A stretch of DNA of 64,000 nucleotides from an uncultured Gammaproteobacteria bacterium (GTDB lineage: Bacteria; Patescibacteriota; Patescibacteriia; Patescibacteriales; WJLG01): positions 8,310 to 72,309 of the forward strand of contig CAYNAR010000004.1 of assembly GCA_964395625.1 (NCBI GenBank), given 5' to 3'. Of this stretch, positions 9,122-18,600 are shown one piece after another (the stretch's first letter is position 1; each line of letters opens with the position of its first letter). The notes beneath the pieces were generated by a model that saw only the letters and a program-made list of their open reading frames with translations, searched no databases and was not told the origin of the DNA. Position numbers and translations under genes: made by a program.

Positions 9122-10459
9122 TTATTTCAGGTTGAGTTTGTATAGGCCTTCTTGGTTGCCTATCTTGCCGAAGAAATAGAGCATCTCGTTGTTCTCGGAA
9201 ATGAAAGGTGAAGACACCTTTTCCAATTTAAGTAATTCCGTGACTTGCAGCTTCTCGTCTCCTTTGTCCCATGTCAAAAGACTGATGTCGTTTTCCGTAT
9301 GGAAGATTATATAGTTGTCTTTGCTCGTCGTGAGTATTCCGTTCAAAGGATGGCTCCAGCGCAGAAGGAGACGGCGAGAGTTGCTTTTCATATCCAATAG
9401 CCATATCTCGTAGTCATTGGCGAAAAATAAAATATCTTTGTCGAACCATTGGAAGTATTTACTATTGTTGATGGCCTCCAGGAGCGGATTTACCTGGTTT
9501 TCGGCATCCACCAAATAGAGTATTTTGTATTTTTCGTCGTAAAGGTTGATAGTTTTGTCGTTGCTATTCAAGAAAGTATAGCCGTCGGAAGGAGGTAGAT
9601 CGACCTCCTTCTTTATTTTTTTATCCAACAGGGAATATATTTTCAGTTTTGCGGAGAAACCGCGACGAACGGCGACTACTATATTGTTTCCTTGTGGTAA
9701 GTAGTCGAGAAAATCCTCGTTTTCCAGTATGACAGTATTATTTTGTTCGTTTATATCGAAAAGTCCGAGATTATTTTTGTAGATGTATGATATTTTGTCG
9801 TTGGAAACCCATTTTATGTCCGATATCTCCGGACCAATGACTTTGTCCAGGGATAGGTTTTTATTGCTATTCTTTAAATTTAATATCTTCTGGCCAAATA
9901 TGACTTTCGATCCGTCATTAGACCATGACGCGGTGGCGGAAGACGAGGCGATCATTTCCGATATTTCGCTTTTTAGGTCTATTAATTCGGTGCCGATAAT
10001 AACCTTCTTTTTGTCTTGTGAAGGGAATAATTTTTCCGCGGATGATTTGGCTATCAGCATCGGTAGATTCTTTTTGTATAGGACTACGTCTAAGACGTGA
10101 GTAATCTGTCCGGAATACACCTTTATGTGTCTTGTCCATGGCCAATACCCCGGCAGTTCGATGCTGAGGTCATAAGAACCCGGCATTATATTTTTTAACT
10201 TGGCCGGCGTCTTTACGTTATTATTGTTCGGTGTCAATGATATGTTGAAATTTTTTTGCCTTTTGCCGTTTAAAAATATCTCTGCTCCGGCCGGTTCCGA
10301 ATAGACGATGGCCATTCCGGTCTTCTGTATCAATACTCCGGAAAAAGGATGTCTTAAGTCCAGGCTATAACCAGATGCGTACAGCAGTATATATGGGACC
10401 AAAGCGAAGAATGCCAGTAAGAAGACGAAGAATAATATTTTTCTTTTTATTTGTGACAT
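9122..10459 (-). CDS. PEGA-domain membrane-anchored protein with a beta-propeller-like C-terminal region
   Basis: N-terminal TM 'ILFFVFLLAFFALVPYILLY'. PEGA-like 'AGAEIFLNGKRQ...TPAKLKNIMPGSYDLSIELPGYWPW'. I prefer the Met at 10459 ('MSQIKRK'), 1 nt after the murA stop, over 10507. Confidence 0.7.
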   Translation of the reverse strand: MSQIKRKILFFVFLLAFFALVPYILLYASGYSLDLRHPFSGVLIQKTGMAIVYSEPAGAEIFLNGKRQKNFNISLTPNNNNVKTPAKLKNIMPGSYDLSIELPGYWPWTRHIKVYSGQITHVLDVVLYKKNLPMLIAKSSAEKLFPSQDKKKVIIGTELIDLKSEISEMIASSSATASWSNDGSKVIFGQKILNLKNSNKNLSLDKVIGPEISDIKWVSNDKISYIYKNNLGLFDINEQNNTVILENEDFLDYLPQGNNIVVAVRRGFSAKLKIYSLLDKKIKKEVDLPPSDGYTFLNSNDKTINLYDEKYKILYLVDAENQVNPLLEAINNSKYFQWFDKDILFFANDYEIWLLDMKSNSRRLLLRWSHPLNGILTTSKDNYIIFHTENDISLLTWDKGDEKLQVTELLKLEKVSSPFISENNEMLYFFGKIGNQEGLYKLNLK

Positions 10460-10460
10460 A

Positions 10461-11747
10461 TTAAGAGCAATTAGCGGCGCACTCGTCGACTCTTTCAATG
10501 TCAGCACCTAGAGAAGAGAGTCTTTGAACGATATTTTCGTAGCCGCGTTCTATTTGGTAGATATTGTCGATTTCCGTTTTACCCTTCGCCATCAATGCTG
10601 CTATTATGAGGGCCATGCCGGCGCGCAAATCCGGACTGGTCAGTTTTCTGCCATGAAGCTGTGAGGGGCCGTTGACCACTACTCGGTGCGGGTCGCACAT
10701 TATTATATCGGCACCCATTTGAGAGAGTAGGTCGGTGTAGAGAAGGCGTCTGTCGTAGATGGTCTCATGTATGAGGGAAGAGCCGTTCGCTTGGGTCATT
10801 AGGACCGTGTATGGCGATTGTAAGTCTGTAGGGAAGCCGGGGTACTCGTGCGTCTTAATGCTGTATCCTTGGAATTTTTCAGTGGCTTTGATCTTTATCC
10901 AGTCATTGCCGACCTCGAATCCTATTCCGGAATGTTTGAATATCTCCAAGAGGACCTCGACGTGTTCGGGGTCGCAATTCTTGATGGTGATGTCGGATTT
11001 TGTCGCCGCCGCCATGCACATGAACGAGCCGGTCTCTATTCTGTCGGGAATGACGAAGAATTCCGAGGCGGATAATTTTTCCACGCCTTCTATGGTCATC
11101 GTCGGAGTGCCGGCACCATTTATTTTCGCGCCGTTGGCGTTCAAGTAGTCGGCTAAGGATTTTATTTCCGGTTCCATGGCGCAATTTTTCAAGACAGATG
11201 TTCCTTTCGCTAAAGTAGCGGCCATCATTAAGGATTCGGTGACGGTCACGCTGACCAAGGGAAAGAAGAAATTACCGCCAGGAAGTCTTACCGGGGTTTT
11301 GATGTGGTAGAAGGCGCCATCGGTCTCGACCGTCGCGCCAAGGGCGGTGAATCCTTCTAAGAACAAATCGATAGGTCTCTCTCCCGCGCCTATGACGCAT
11401 CCTCCCGGGTGTGGGAAGCGCACTTCCCCGAATCTGGCCAAAAGAGGCGCCGCGAACATTATGGAAGCGCGGAATTTATTGGCGAAAGCCGGTGATAACT
11501 CTTTTTTGTCTATCGAAGAAGTGTCGATGGAGACGACTCCATCTCCTAATCTCTCCACTTTACCGCCTAAATCGGCGATTAACGACAAAGATTGCTTGAT
11601 ATCTTCTATGTCCGGAAGATTTTTTATCGTGATTTTCTCTTGCGACAGTATCGCTGCCGGAATAATCTTTAGGGCGGAATTCTTGGCTCCTTTTACCTTA
11701 ATTTCTCCAGAAAGCTTGGCTGGTCCATGGATGATGTATTTTGGCAT
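10461..11747 (-). CDS. murA: UDP-N-acetylglucosamine 1-carboxyvinyltransferase
   Basis: 'GEIKVKGAKNSALKIIPAA' and the active-site segment 'PGGCVIGAGERPIDLF'. 428 aa full length. Confidence 0.92.
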   Translation of the reverse strand: MPKYIIHGPAKLSGEIKVKGAKNSALKIIPAAILSQEKITIKNLPDIEDIKQSLSLIADLGGKVERLGDGVVSIDTSSIDKKELSPAFANKFRASIMFAAPLLARFGEVRFPHPGGCVIGAGERPIDLFLEGFTALGATVETDGAFYHIKTPVRLPGGNFFFPLVSVTVTESLMMAATLAKGTSVLKNCAMEPEIKSLADYLNANGAKINGAGTPTMTIEGVEKLSASEFFVIPDRIETGSFMCMAAATKSDITIKNCDPEHVEVLLEIFKHSGIGFEVGNDWIKIKATEKFQGYSIKTHEYPGFPTDLQSPYTVLMTQANGSSLIHETIYDRRLLYTDLLSQMGADIIMCDPHRVVVNGPSQLHGRKLTSPDLRAGMALIIAALMAKGKTEIDNIYQIERGYENIVQRLSSLGADIERVDECAANCS

Positions 11748-12001
11748 AATATATGATTAGGGTATTGATTTTCTTATTGCTTACATTATACAGTGTAGTT
11801 TTTAAATATTCAATCCCTATTTTTTAATATTAGCCATTTTTGTTTTAAAGACAATTGATTGGTCTTTTCGTCAATATTGATTTTTATGTGGTTTTGGTGA
11901 TATTATTTAAATATAAGGTAAAGACGGATTAAGAATCTGTCGATAAGCCGAAAATAAGGCGCCGTTGTTAAAACAACCGTTTTAACGATAGCTAAAAAAA
12001 T

Positions 12002-12157
12002 ATGTTAAATTGGCTTAAGAGTTTGTTCGGCACCAAGCCGGCTTCCGAGACTCCGGTCGAGGCTCCTGCCACTGAGGAGGTTGCCACCGATTTGACCGGC
12101 GAACCGTTGGTCGCTGAGGAAGTGGAGGCTGTTTCTACTGAAGAGGAAGTGAAATAG
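12002..12157 (+). CDS. Small acidic protein (51 aa), hypothetical
   Basis: ATG 12002 to TAG 12155-12157, hand-translated as 'MLNWLKSLFGTKPASETPVEAPATEEVATDLTGEPLVAEEVEAVSTEEEVK'. Amphipathic N-terminus with an acidic tail. Followed by its own hairpin terminator. Below the ORF-track size cutoff. Confidence 0.4.
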   Translation: MLNWLKSLFGTKPASETPVEAPATEEVATDLTGEPLVAEEVEAVSTEEEVK

Positions 12158-12174
12158 TATTGATTTTTAGAAAA

Positions 12175-12205
12175 AGTTCGATTGATAGGTCGGACTTTTT
12201 CTTTT
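12175..12205 (+). terminator. Hairpin terminator after the small ORF
   Basis: AGTTCGA (12175-12181) / TCGGACT (12190-12196), 7 bp including one G-U pair, with an 8-nt loop, then TTTTTCTTTT. Confidence 0.5.
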
Positions 12206-12216
12206 ACTCGTTTTGA

Positions 12217-12225
12217 TGTTAGAAT
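12217..12225 (+). promoter_or_regulatory. Extended -10 promoter placing the TSS at or next to the tatD ATG (leaderless-type)
   Basis: TGtTAGAAT (12217-12225). Only 6 nt separate the -10 from ATG 12232, and there is no SD. Confidence 0.45.
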
Positions 12226-12231
12226 GTCTTT

Positions 12232-13083
12232 ATGAAGCTCATAGATACTCACGCTCACGTCAATTTCAAAAAATTCAGCGAGGATGCCGAAGGCGTGATT
12301 TTGAATTCTTTGAACAATGAGACGGGAATGATCTTGGTCGGAACGGACTATAAGACTTCCAAGAGGGCTTTGGATTTGGCGAACAAGTACGAGAAGGGCG
12401 TCTACGCGGCGGTCGGTTTGCATCCTTCTCATTTGGAGGACGTGGTCGAGGAGAGCGCCGACGGACGCGAGGTGATAAGAGAGAGGGCGGAAGAGTTCAA
12501 TTATGAGAATTATGAGAAATTGGCTTCTTTTGAGAAGGTCGTAGCCATCGGCGAGATCGGCTTGGATTATTATCATTTGAAGCTGAATGCCGACCTGGAG
12601 AAAGCGAAGAAAAGGCAGAAGGAAGTCTTCTATAATCAGTTATCGCTCGCTGGCAATCTTGGTCTTCCGGCCATGATCCATTGTCGCGTCGCTCACGACG
12701 ATTTATTGAAGACTCTAAAAGAATTCAGAGACGAGAATCGCGACCTTGTTCCACCGGGACGTGAATGGGGAGTGATACATTGTTTCTCTGGAGACGAGAA
12801 TTTGGCTTGGCAATATTTCCAATTAGGACTACTGATATCCTTCACGGGTATCATAACTTTCTCTCAGCAGTGGGACGACCTGATTCGCAAGATGCCTCTC
12901 GATAAATTCATGGTCGAGACGGATTGCCCGTTCCTCACCCCCGAACCTTTTCGCGGTCAGCGCAACGAACCGGCTTTGGTGGCTTATGTCGCCGATCGCA
13001 TCGCCGAGATACGCGGCTTGGATTTCGATAGGGTGGCGGAAGTCTCCACGGCTAATGCTAAGAGATTGTTCGGGATATTCTGA
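12232..13083 (+). CDS. tatD: TatD-family metal-dependent hydrolase/DNase
   Basis: 'LIDTHAHVNF', 'IGEIGLDYY', 'PAMIHCR' and 'VETDCPFLTP' are TatD motifs. TGA stop. Confidence 0.88.
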   Translation: MKLIDTHAHVNFKKFSEDAEGVILNSLNNETGMILVGTDYKTSKRALDLANKYEKGVYAAVGLHPSHLEDVVEESADGREVIRERAEEFNYENYEKLASFEKVVAIGEIGLDYYHLKLNADLEKAKKRQKEVFYNQLSLAGNLGLPAMIHCRVAHDDLLKTLKEFRDENRDLVPPGREWGVIHCFSGDENLAWQYFQLGLLISFTGIITFSQQWDDLIRKMPLDKFMVETDCPFLTPEPFRGQRNEPALVAYVADRIAEIRGLDFDRVAEVSTANAKRLFGIF

Positions 13084-13112
13084 TCCGAATAAAGCATCGA
13101 CCTGAATCGGAG

Positions 13113-13147
13113 AATCGTTAAAACGCCCTTAACGATTTTTATTTTTT
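13113..13147 (+). terminator. Rho-independent terminator after tatD
   Basis: AATCGTTAA (13113-13121) / TTAACGATT (13129-13137), 9-bp stem with a 7-nt loop, then TTTTTATTTTTT. Confidence 0.7.
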
Positions 13148-13176
13148 ATAAATTATTCGCGGTGGTTTTCGTCAAC

Positions 13177-13204
13177 TTGACAAGCCGGCCGGCCGTGATA
13201 AAAT
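13177..13204 (+). promoter_or_regulatory. sigma70-type promoter of groES-groEL
   Basis: -35 TTGACA (13177-13182), 16-nt spacer, extended -10 TGaTAAAAT (13196-13204). Confidence 0.65.
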
Positions 13205-13214
13205 GATATGTGAT

Positions 13215-13241
13215 TTAGCACTTGTATTATTAGAGTGCTAA
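13215..13241 (+). promoter_or_regulatory. CIRCE operator (HrcA binding site)
   Basis: TTAGCACTT-N9-GAGTGCTAA (13215-13223 / 13233-13241). It has one mismatch to the consensus TTAGCACTC-N9-GAGTGCTAA and sits just downstream of the predicted TSS, upstream of groES. Confidence 0.9.
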
Positions 13242-13318
13242 ATAATAGGAGGAGATTTATTCTTTAATTTTTCCTTTAATTTTAAAATAAATTTAAAGTT
13301 AAGGGAAGTCTTAAATCT

Positions 13319-13603
13319 ATGATAAAACCATTGCACGACAACATTGTTTTAAAGCCGGCGCAGGCCGAAAAGACCACTAAGAGCGGCTTGGTTTTGCCGG
13401 ACACGGTCGATAAGGGTCGTCCGGAGCAAGGCACCGTTGTGGCCGTCGGACCGGGTAAAGTTTTAGAGAACGGCACTTTGTCGAAGATGTCTTTGAAAGT
13501 CGGAGACAAGGTAGTTTTCAAGAAATATACTCCGGACGAAATCGAGATCGAAGGGGAAGTCCATTTGATTTTGAGCGAGGGGGATATTTTGGCAGTTCTA
13601 TAA
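13319..13603 (+). CDS. groES: Co-chaperonin GroES
   Basis: 'IKPLHDNIVLKP...KTTKSGLVLPDT...GTVVAVGPG'. 94 aa. Confidence 0.95.
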   Translation: MIKPLHDNIVLKPAQAEKTTKSGLVLPDTVDKGRPEQGTVVAVGPGKVLENGTLSKMSLKVGDKVVFKKYTPDEIEIEGEVHLILSEGDILAVL

Positions 13604-13619
13604 TTAATTATAAATGATT

Positions 13620-13649
13620 AATTATGAATTTGATTTATAATTCATAATT
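13620..13649 (+). other. AT-only inverted repeat in the groES-groEL spacer
   Basis: AATTATGAATT (13620-13630) / AATTCATAATT (13639-13649), a perfect 11-bp palindrome arm pair with an 8-nt loop. Confidence 0.5.
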
Positions 13650-13663
13650 TATAATTGAAATAT

Positions 13664-15313
13664 ATGAGTAAGACAATCGTTTTTTCCGACAAGGGTCGCG
13701 AGGCCTTGAAGGTCGGTATCGATAAATTGGCCGAGGCCGTGAAAGTCACTCTCGGACCTAAAGGACGCAACGTGGTCATTGAAAAATCTTATGGCGTTCC
13801 GCTCATCACCAAGGACGGCGTTTCCGTCGCCAAGGAGATCGAGCTCGATGATAAGATGGAGAATTTGGGAGCTGAGATGATCAAAGAGGTCGCTTCCAAG
13901 ACCAACGATGTTTCCGGCGATGGCACTACTACCGCCACGATTTTGACCCAGGCCATCATCAGCGAGGGCTTGAAGTTAGTCTCTTCTGGAGTGAATCCGA
14001 TCGAGCTTAGAAGAAGCATCGAAAAGAAGGTGTCCGAGGTTGTCGCCAAGCTCAAAGCCTCTTCTAAGAAGATTCCGGCCACTAAGGAAGAAATCGCTAA
14101 GGTTGCCTCTATTTCCGCCAATGACAAAGAGATCGGCTTGCATATCGCCAAGGCCATCTCCAAGGTCGGCAAGGAGGGTGTCGTGACCGTCGAAGAGGGT
14201 CAGTCTTTCGGTGTCGAAGTCGAGGTCGTCGAGGGTATGCAATTCGATAAAGGCTATGTCTCCCCGCACATGGTCACCAATGTCGAGACTATGAAAGCCG
14301 AGATGGAAGACCCTTATATTTTGATCACTGATAAAAAAATATCTTCTCTGGGTGAGATTTTGCCGCTTTTGGAAAAGATGATTTCGGTTGGTAAGAAGGA
14401 TTTGGTCATTATCGCCGAAAGCATCGAGGGAGAGGCTTTGACCACTTTCATTTTGAATAAGCTTCGTGGCGTGTTCAATGTCTTGGGCATCAAGGCTCCG
14501 GGCTTCGGCGATCGTCGTAAGTCCATGCTCGAGGATATCGCTATTTTGACCGGAGGCAGTGTCGTCTCCGACGAGATGGGCTTGAAATTGGAGAACGTCG
14601 AAGTGACCGATCTGGGTCGCGCCCATCGTGTTATCGCTACTAAGGACAACACAGTCATCGTTGACGGTCAGGGCGAGGCCAAGGAGATTGCCGCGCGTGT
14701 AGAGGGTATTAAAAAAGAAATCGAATTATCCGATTCCGAATACGACAAAGAAGAATTGAAGAAGCGTTTGGCTAAATTATCTGGAGGTGTGGCCGTCATC
14801 AAAGTCGGTGCCGCAACTGAAACGGAAATGAAGGAGAAGAAGGATCGTATCGACGATGCCGTGCATGCCACTCGCGCCGCTCTGGAGGAGGGTATCGTCG
14901 TCGGCGGAGGCTTAGCTTTAGCTAAAGCTAGCGACATCTTCACCTCTCTTTTGGGTGGTAAGAAGGAGCTCGATCCGGGCGCCAAGATTATTGATAACGC
15001 CATCTTGGAGCCGATTAAGCAGATCGCCAAGAATGCCGGCAAGGATGGCTCTCTGATACTCTACAACATCATTCGCGAGAATAGCGTGATTAAGGATGAT
15101 GCTAAGAGGAATATCGGCTACAATGCCATGGACGATAAGTTCGAGGACTTGTTCGACGCCGGCATAGTCGATCCGACTAAGGTCGTGCGTACGGCTTTGG
15201 AGAATGCCGCTTCGGCCGCCATTATGTTCTTGACCATCGAGGCCGTTATAGTCGAGAAACCGAAAGATGATAAGGCTTGCTCCTGTGGCGGACACGAGGG
15301 AATGGGAATGTAA
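13664..15313 (+). CDS. groEL: Chaperonin GroEL
   Basis: 'TLGPKGRNVVIEKSYGVPLITKDGVSVAKEIEL', 'DGTTTATIL', 'AAVEEGIVVGGG', and a C-terminal 'GGHEGMGM' tail. ATG at 13664 ('MSKTIVF') is preferred over the TTG at 13655. Confidence 0.95.
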   Translation: MSKTIVFSDKGREALKVGIDKLAEAVKVTLGPKGRNVVIEKSYGVPLITKDGVSVAKEIELDDKMENLGAEMIKEVASKTNDVSGDGTTTATILTQAIISEGLKLVSSGVNPIELRRSIEKKVSEVVAKLKASSKKIPATKEEIAKVASISANDKEIGLHIAKAISKVGKEGVVTVEEGQSFGVEVEVVEGMQFDKGYVSPHMVTNVETMKAEMEDPYILITDKKISSLGEILPLLEKMISVGKKDLVIIAESIEGEALTTFILNKLRGVFNVLGIKAPGFGDRRKSMLEDIAILTGGSVVSDEMGLKLENVEVTDLGRAHRVIATKDNTVIVDGQGEAKEIAARVEGIKKEIELSDSEYDKEELKKRLAKLSGGVAVIKVGAATETEMKEKKDRIDDAVHATRAALEEGIVVGGGLALAKASDIFTSLLGGKKELDPGAKIIDNAILEPIKQIAKNAGKDGSLILYNIIRENSVIKDDAKRNIGYNAMDDKFEDLFDAGIVDPTKVVRTALENAASAAIMFLTIEAVIVEKPKDDKACSCGGHEGMGM

Positions 15314-15358
15314 TCTGCTCAGATAAACTCGTAAATATAGTTTTCGTTTTATAAAAAA

Positions 15359-15397
15359 GACAAGCGGTCTTCTTTTGAGGGCCGTTGTCTTTTTTTA
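15359..15397 (+). terminator. Rho-independent terminator after groEL
   Basis: gacaagcgg (15359-15367) pairs with ccgttgtc (15382-15389) with one bulged G, followed by a T8 run. Confidence 0.6.
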
Positions 15398-15496
15398 TTG
15401 CCGAAATCGTGATTATTTTTTTGTGATTTTTTTACTATGCAAAAAAATATTTTTTTGTCAAATTTGCTTCAAGTGAACAAAAAATTTGGACACAGA

Positions 15497-15506
15497 TTAT
15501 CCACAG
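15497..15506 (+). promoter_or_regulatory. Perfect DnaA-box-like motif TTATCCACAG (copy 1 of 3)
   Basis: TTATCCACA equals the consensus DnaA box. It lies in the 360-bp AT-rich spacer upstream of giant ORF1. Confidence 0.35.
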
Positions 15507-15660
15507 GTTTCGACGATTTTTGTTTTAAAAAAGGCGACTTTGTTTTGATTTTTAAGACAGCTTGCTTGTTAGTGATTTTTATAGTGTAAAAATAACTAAT
15601 AATAAGAGATTTTTTTTAAATGAAATAAGTTGCCTTAGCCTGCAAAAAGCTCCTCGGGAG

Positions 15661-15669
15661 TGATATAAT
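15661..15669 (+). promoter_or_regulatory. Extended -10 promoter of giant ORF1 (leaderless-type)
   Basis: TGaTATAAT (15661-15669). ATG 15675 starts 5 nt after the -10 and there is no SD. Confidence 0.45.
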
Positions 15670-15674
15670 TATAG

Positions 15675-18600
15675 ATGTATATGACAGACAAGAAAAAGGT
15701 AGCTAAAGGGAATGGTGAAAGACCTATGATTTTCGACATCTCGCCAGGAAAGGGCGGGAGGGGTGTTTGTAATCTAAAAAAAGATAATGGCGTCTGTGCC
15801 GATAAGACTAATGACGTCAAAAAGAGCTTCTTCTATCGTTGGTCTCCTGTTTTGTTCGTCGCTTTCGCTCTTATGGCCTCTGTTGTTTTAAGACAGGCTT
15901 TTTCCGCCTTCGATCACAAAATTGCCACGGTGGAGTTTTTTGCTAACAGCGTTCATGCCGACAAGGTCGGAGGATGGGATAGCATCGAGAAGGCTTTGGG
16001 CGAATCGGAGCTTTCCGCCTCTGCCGCCAATAGCGAGTTTTCTTCTCAGAATTCCGCCGTCTATCGTGGTGGTAGTTATTCCGTCGTGGCCGATAGCTTC
16101 ACTACTAGAGAGTTTATCGATTTGAATAATTCTTCCTCTGTCTCTTTGTCTAATGAATTTGTTTCGTCCAATGAAGGGGGATTAGGAGTCGTTGGCGATG
16201 TTGTCGTCGTTGAAGAGGTTACAGGAAATGGTACAACTACGGATGATGTCGTTGGCGAGAAGGTCGTTCAGGATATCGTTATTTCTACCGGTACTTCCAC
16301 CGAGATAGTCGATATAGCGACAGGGAGCGAAGCGATTGCTCCTGTGGAGGTCCAGGAAGATGGTGTGTCGACCGAGCAGTCGCAGGTCGGTTCGTCGACC
16401 GGTACTTCCACTGAGGACGTCTCTTTGTCCGATGGTGTTTTGGGTCAATTGGCTAAGTCTTTGAAGATGAAAACGGCTTCCGCTGCTGAGAATGATGATT
16501 TAATTTTATCGGACGATCGCGACACCATTTTGGGTCGTTTCGTTTCCGCTCGTATTAAAATATCTTTAGCTTCTTTGCAAGAAGTCTATCAAGATAATAA
16601 TCAGGAAAATATTCAAAACACCGAGAGCGAGAACAAGTCCGTCGTTTCATCCAGTTCTGAGAATTTTTCCGTGCAACAGGGTGAGATAGTAGAGGCGACT
16701 TCCTCGATTTCCGAATCCTCGTCGGCTGTTCCTTCGAATCAAGATTCGGGGAGTGATGACGATACGCAATCTTCTAATAGCACGAGCGATGCCACCGCTA
16801 GCGGGTCGGAGAATGAGAGCGTTTCGTCTAAGCAGGACGATGTCGAGAGTTCTATCGAAAGTGTTGTCTATACGGTTCCTTCTGCCGATGAGAATTCCAG
16901 CACGGACGAGGCAGTAGTGGAATCTTCGGTTGAACAGTCTGTCGAACCTTCTGTCGAGCAAGCTCCGACTGTCGAATCGTCCAATGAGAGTAGCGGTGAG
17001 CCGGTCTCTTTGTTGAATCGTTTATTGTCTCCTTTCTTGGTACGTCAAGCCAAGGCTGATGCCGATGCCAAAGTCGTGATCTGGTATTCCGTTTCATCTT
17101 CTACCGAGAACGCCGTTTGGCAAGAGTTGTACACCGTTTCCTCCGCCGATCTTTCCAACGCGGATAACGGAGGTTATTTGATTTTTACCGCTCCTTTGGT
17201 CTCTTCTTGGGGCGATATCGATAATTTGAAGATAAAGTTCGAGGGTCGTGCCAATCAAGGCGAGGGTTTTGTCTTCTATTTGGATGCGGTTTGGGTTGAT
17301 GTCGACTACGAACCTGCGAGTGACGAAGAACCTGTCGAGGCTACTAGTACCGATAAGAATGTCATCGAGGTCGATGGTCAGAGGATCGCTATGGAGTATA
17401 CCGACGAGAACTCCGACGAGAACTTGATAATCAGAACGGATAAGAAAAATTATTTCGGATTGTCCAATGCCGAAGTCTATTTCAGTGTCGAGAACGTCGG
17501 TGTGCGCGACGAGGATATCGATTTGCAATTCTATTTCCCTTCGGCAACTTCCGGTGTTGTCAAGTTGGAAAAATTGATCAAGAATTCTCCGTATATTGCC
17601 CAGGTTCCTAAGATGGAGCCGGCGGTATTCGAGTGCGCCAACGGTTGGGATAGCAGAGATGGTTACTATGAATGCTATCCGAATGGTTCTCGCAAGGCTT
17701 GCGATCAGGTCAGTCCTAACCGCCGTTATTGCCGTATCGACGAGTATCAATCCGGATTCAGGAATGAAGTCAGGTTTAGGAATCGTTGGAGTGGTGTGGA
17801 TTTAAGCAACTACCCGATTTACAACGAGAAGAATTTTATCAGTCGTTTGTTGGCTTTAGGTCCGCAGGAGAAGGATGTGCCGGAGAATCTTACCGTCGAT
17901 AAATCCACTTTGGATAGCATCGATCGTCTCGCTCCCGGAGAGATAAGATATTACAAGGCTTCCATCTATTTCGCCCCTAACAGCGAAGGGGAATTCTATA
18001 TCGAGGCCTTCGGTTCCAGCGACGGTTATGGATTGTTGGATCCTTGGTGGAATTCCGGTTGGAATTTCCGCATGCCAGTGATTTTGAACAATACCGCTGG
18101 ATCGGAGACTTTGGTCGACCATCAGATCTATTTACAGATATCTTCCACTAGCGCTAATTTTTGGCGCAATATAAAGAGCGATGGTAGCGATATTCGTTTC
18201 TTGGACGGCACCGAGACCGTGGAGTTGGATTTCTGGATGCAGTCTTTTGATCACACTGCGTCTTCCGCCTCTTTCTGGGTTCAGATTCCTTCTGTGGCAG
18301 CGGCATCTAGTACCAAAATCTATGTCTATTATGGCAATAGTTCCGCCAATTCTGCCTCTAGTCAATATTCTCCATTCACTTATTCCTCGGTGCAGGATTT
18401 GTATCATGTCGTCTCTATCGCCACATCGGCAAGCATCGAGGTGGTTAGTTTAATCAATGGCAATGTCGTTCAGGTGGACGGTGGCGCTAGTGTCAATTTG
18501 GATAGGCAAGGACGAACATCCTTCTCCTCCTATACGGCATCATCGACTATTAAGGCTAGGGGGCCTATAGGTATCAAGGTTTCCGGCGGTCCGGCTACGG

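Noticed and set aside
11748-12001. tRNA/rRNA/ncRNA genes in the larger intergenic regions (11748-12001, 13084-13318, 15314-15674, 41412-41756, 42798-43020, 50164-50486)
   Set aside because: No cloverleaf-compatible stems, T-loop GTTCRANYC motifs or rRNA-like conserved blocks were recognised. The regions are AT-rich promoter and terminator spacers.
13247-13252. AGGAGG Shine-Dalgarno-like hexamer downstream of CIRCE
   Set aside because: It lies 66 nt upstream of the groES ATG. No start codon opens a meaningful ORF within range, since the following frame hits a stop after a few codons.
15314-15674. Chromosomal replication origin (perfect DnaA box plus A/T homopolymer tracts)
   Set aside because: There is only one perfect box per spacer. 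Other candidates nearby have 3 or more mismatches, and no dnaA, dnaN or other origin-linked genes are adjacent. The motif is reported instead as a possible operator.
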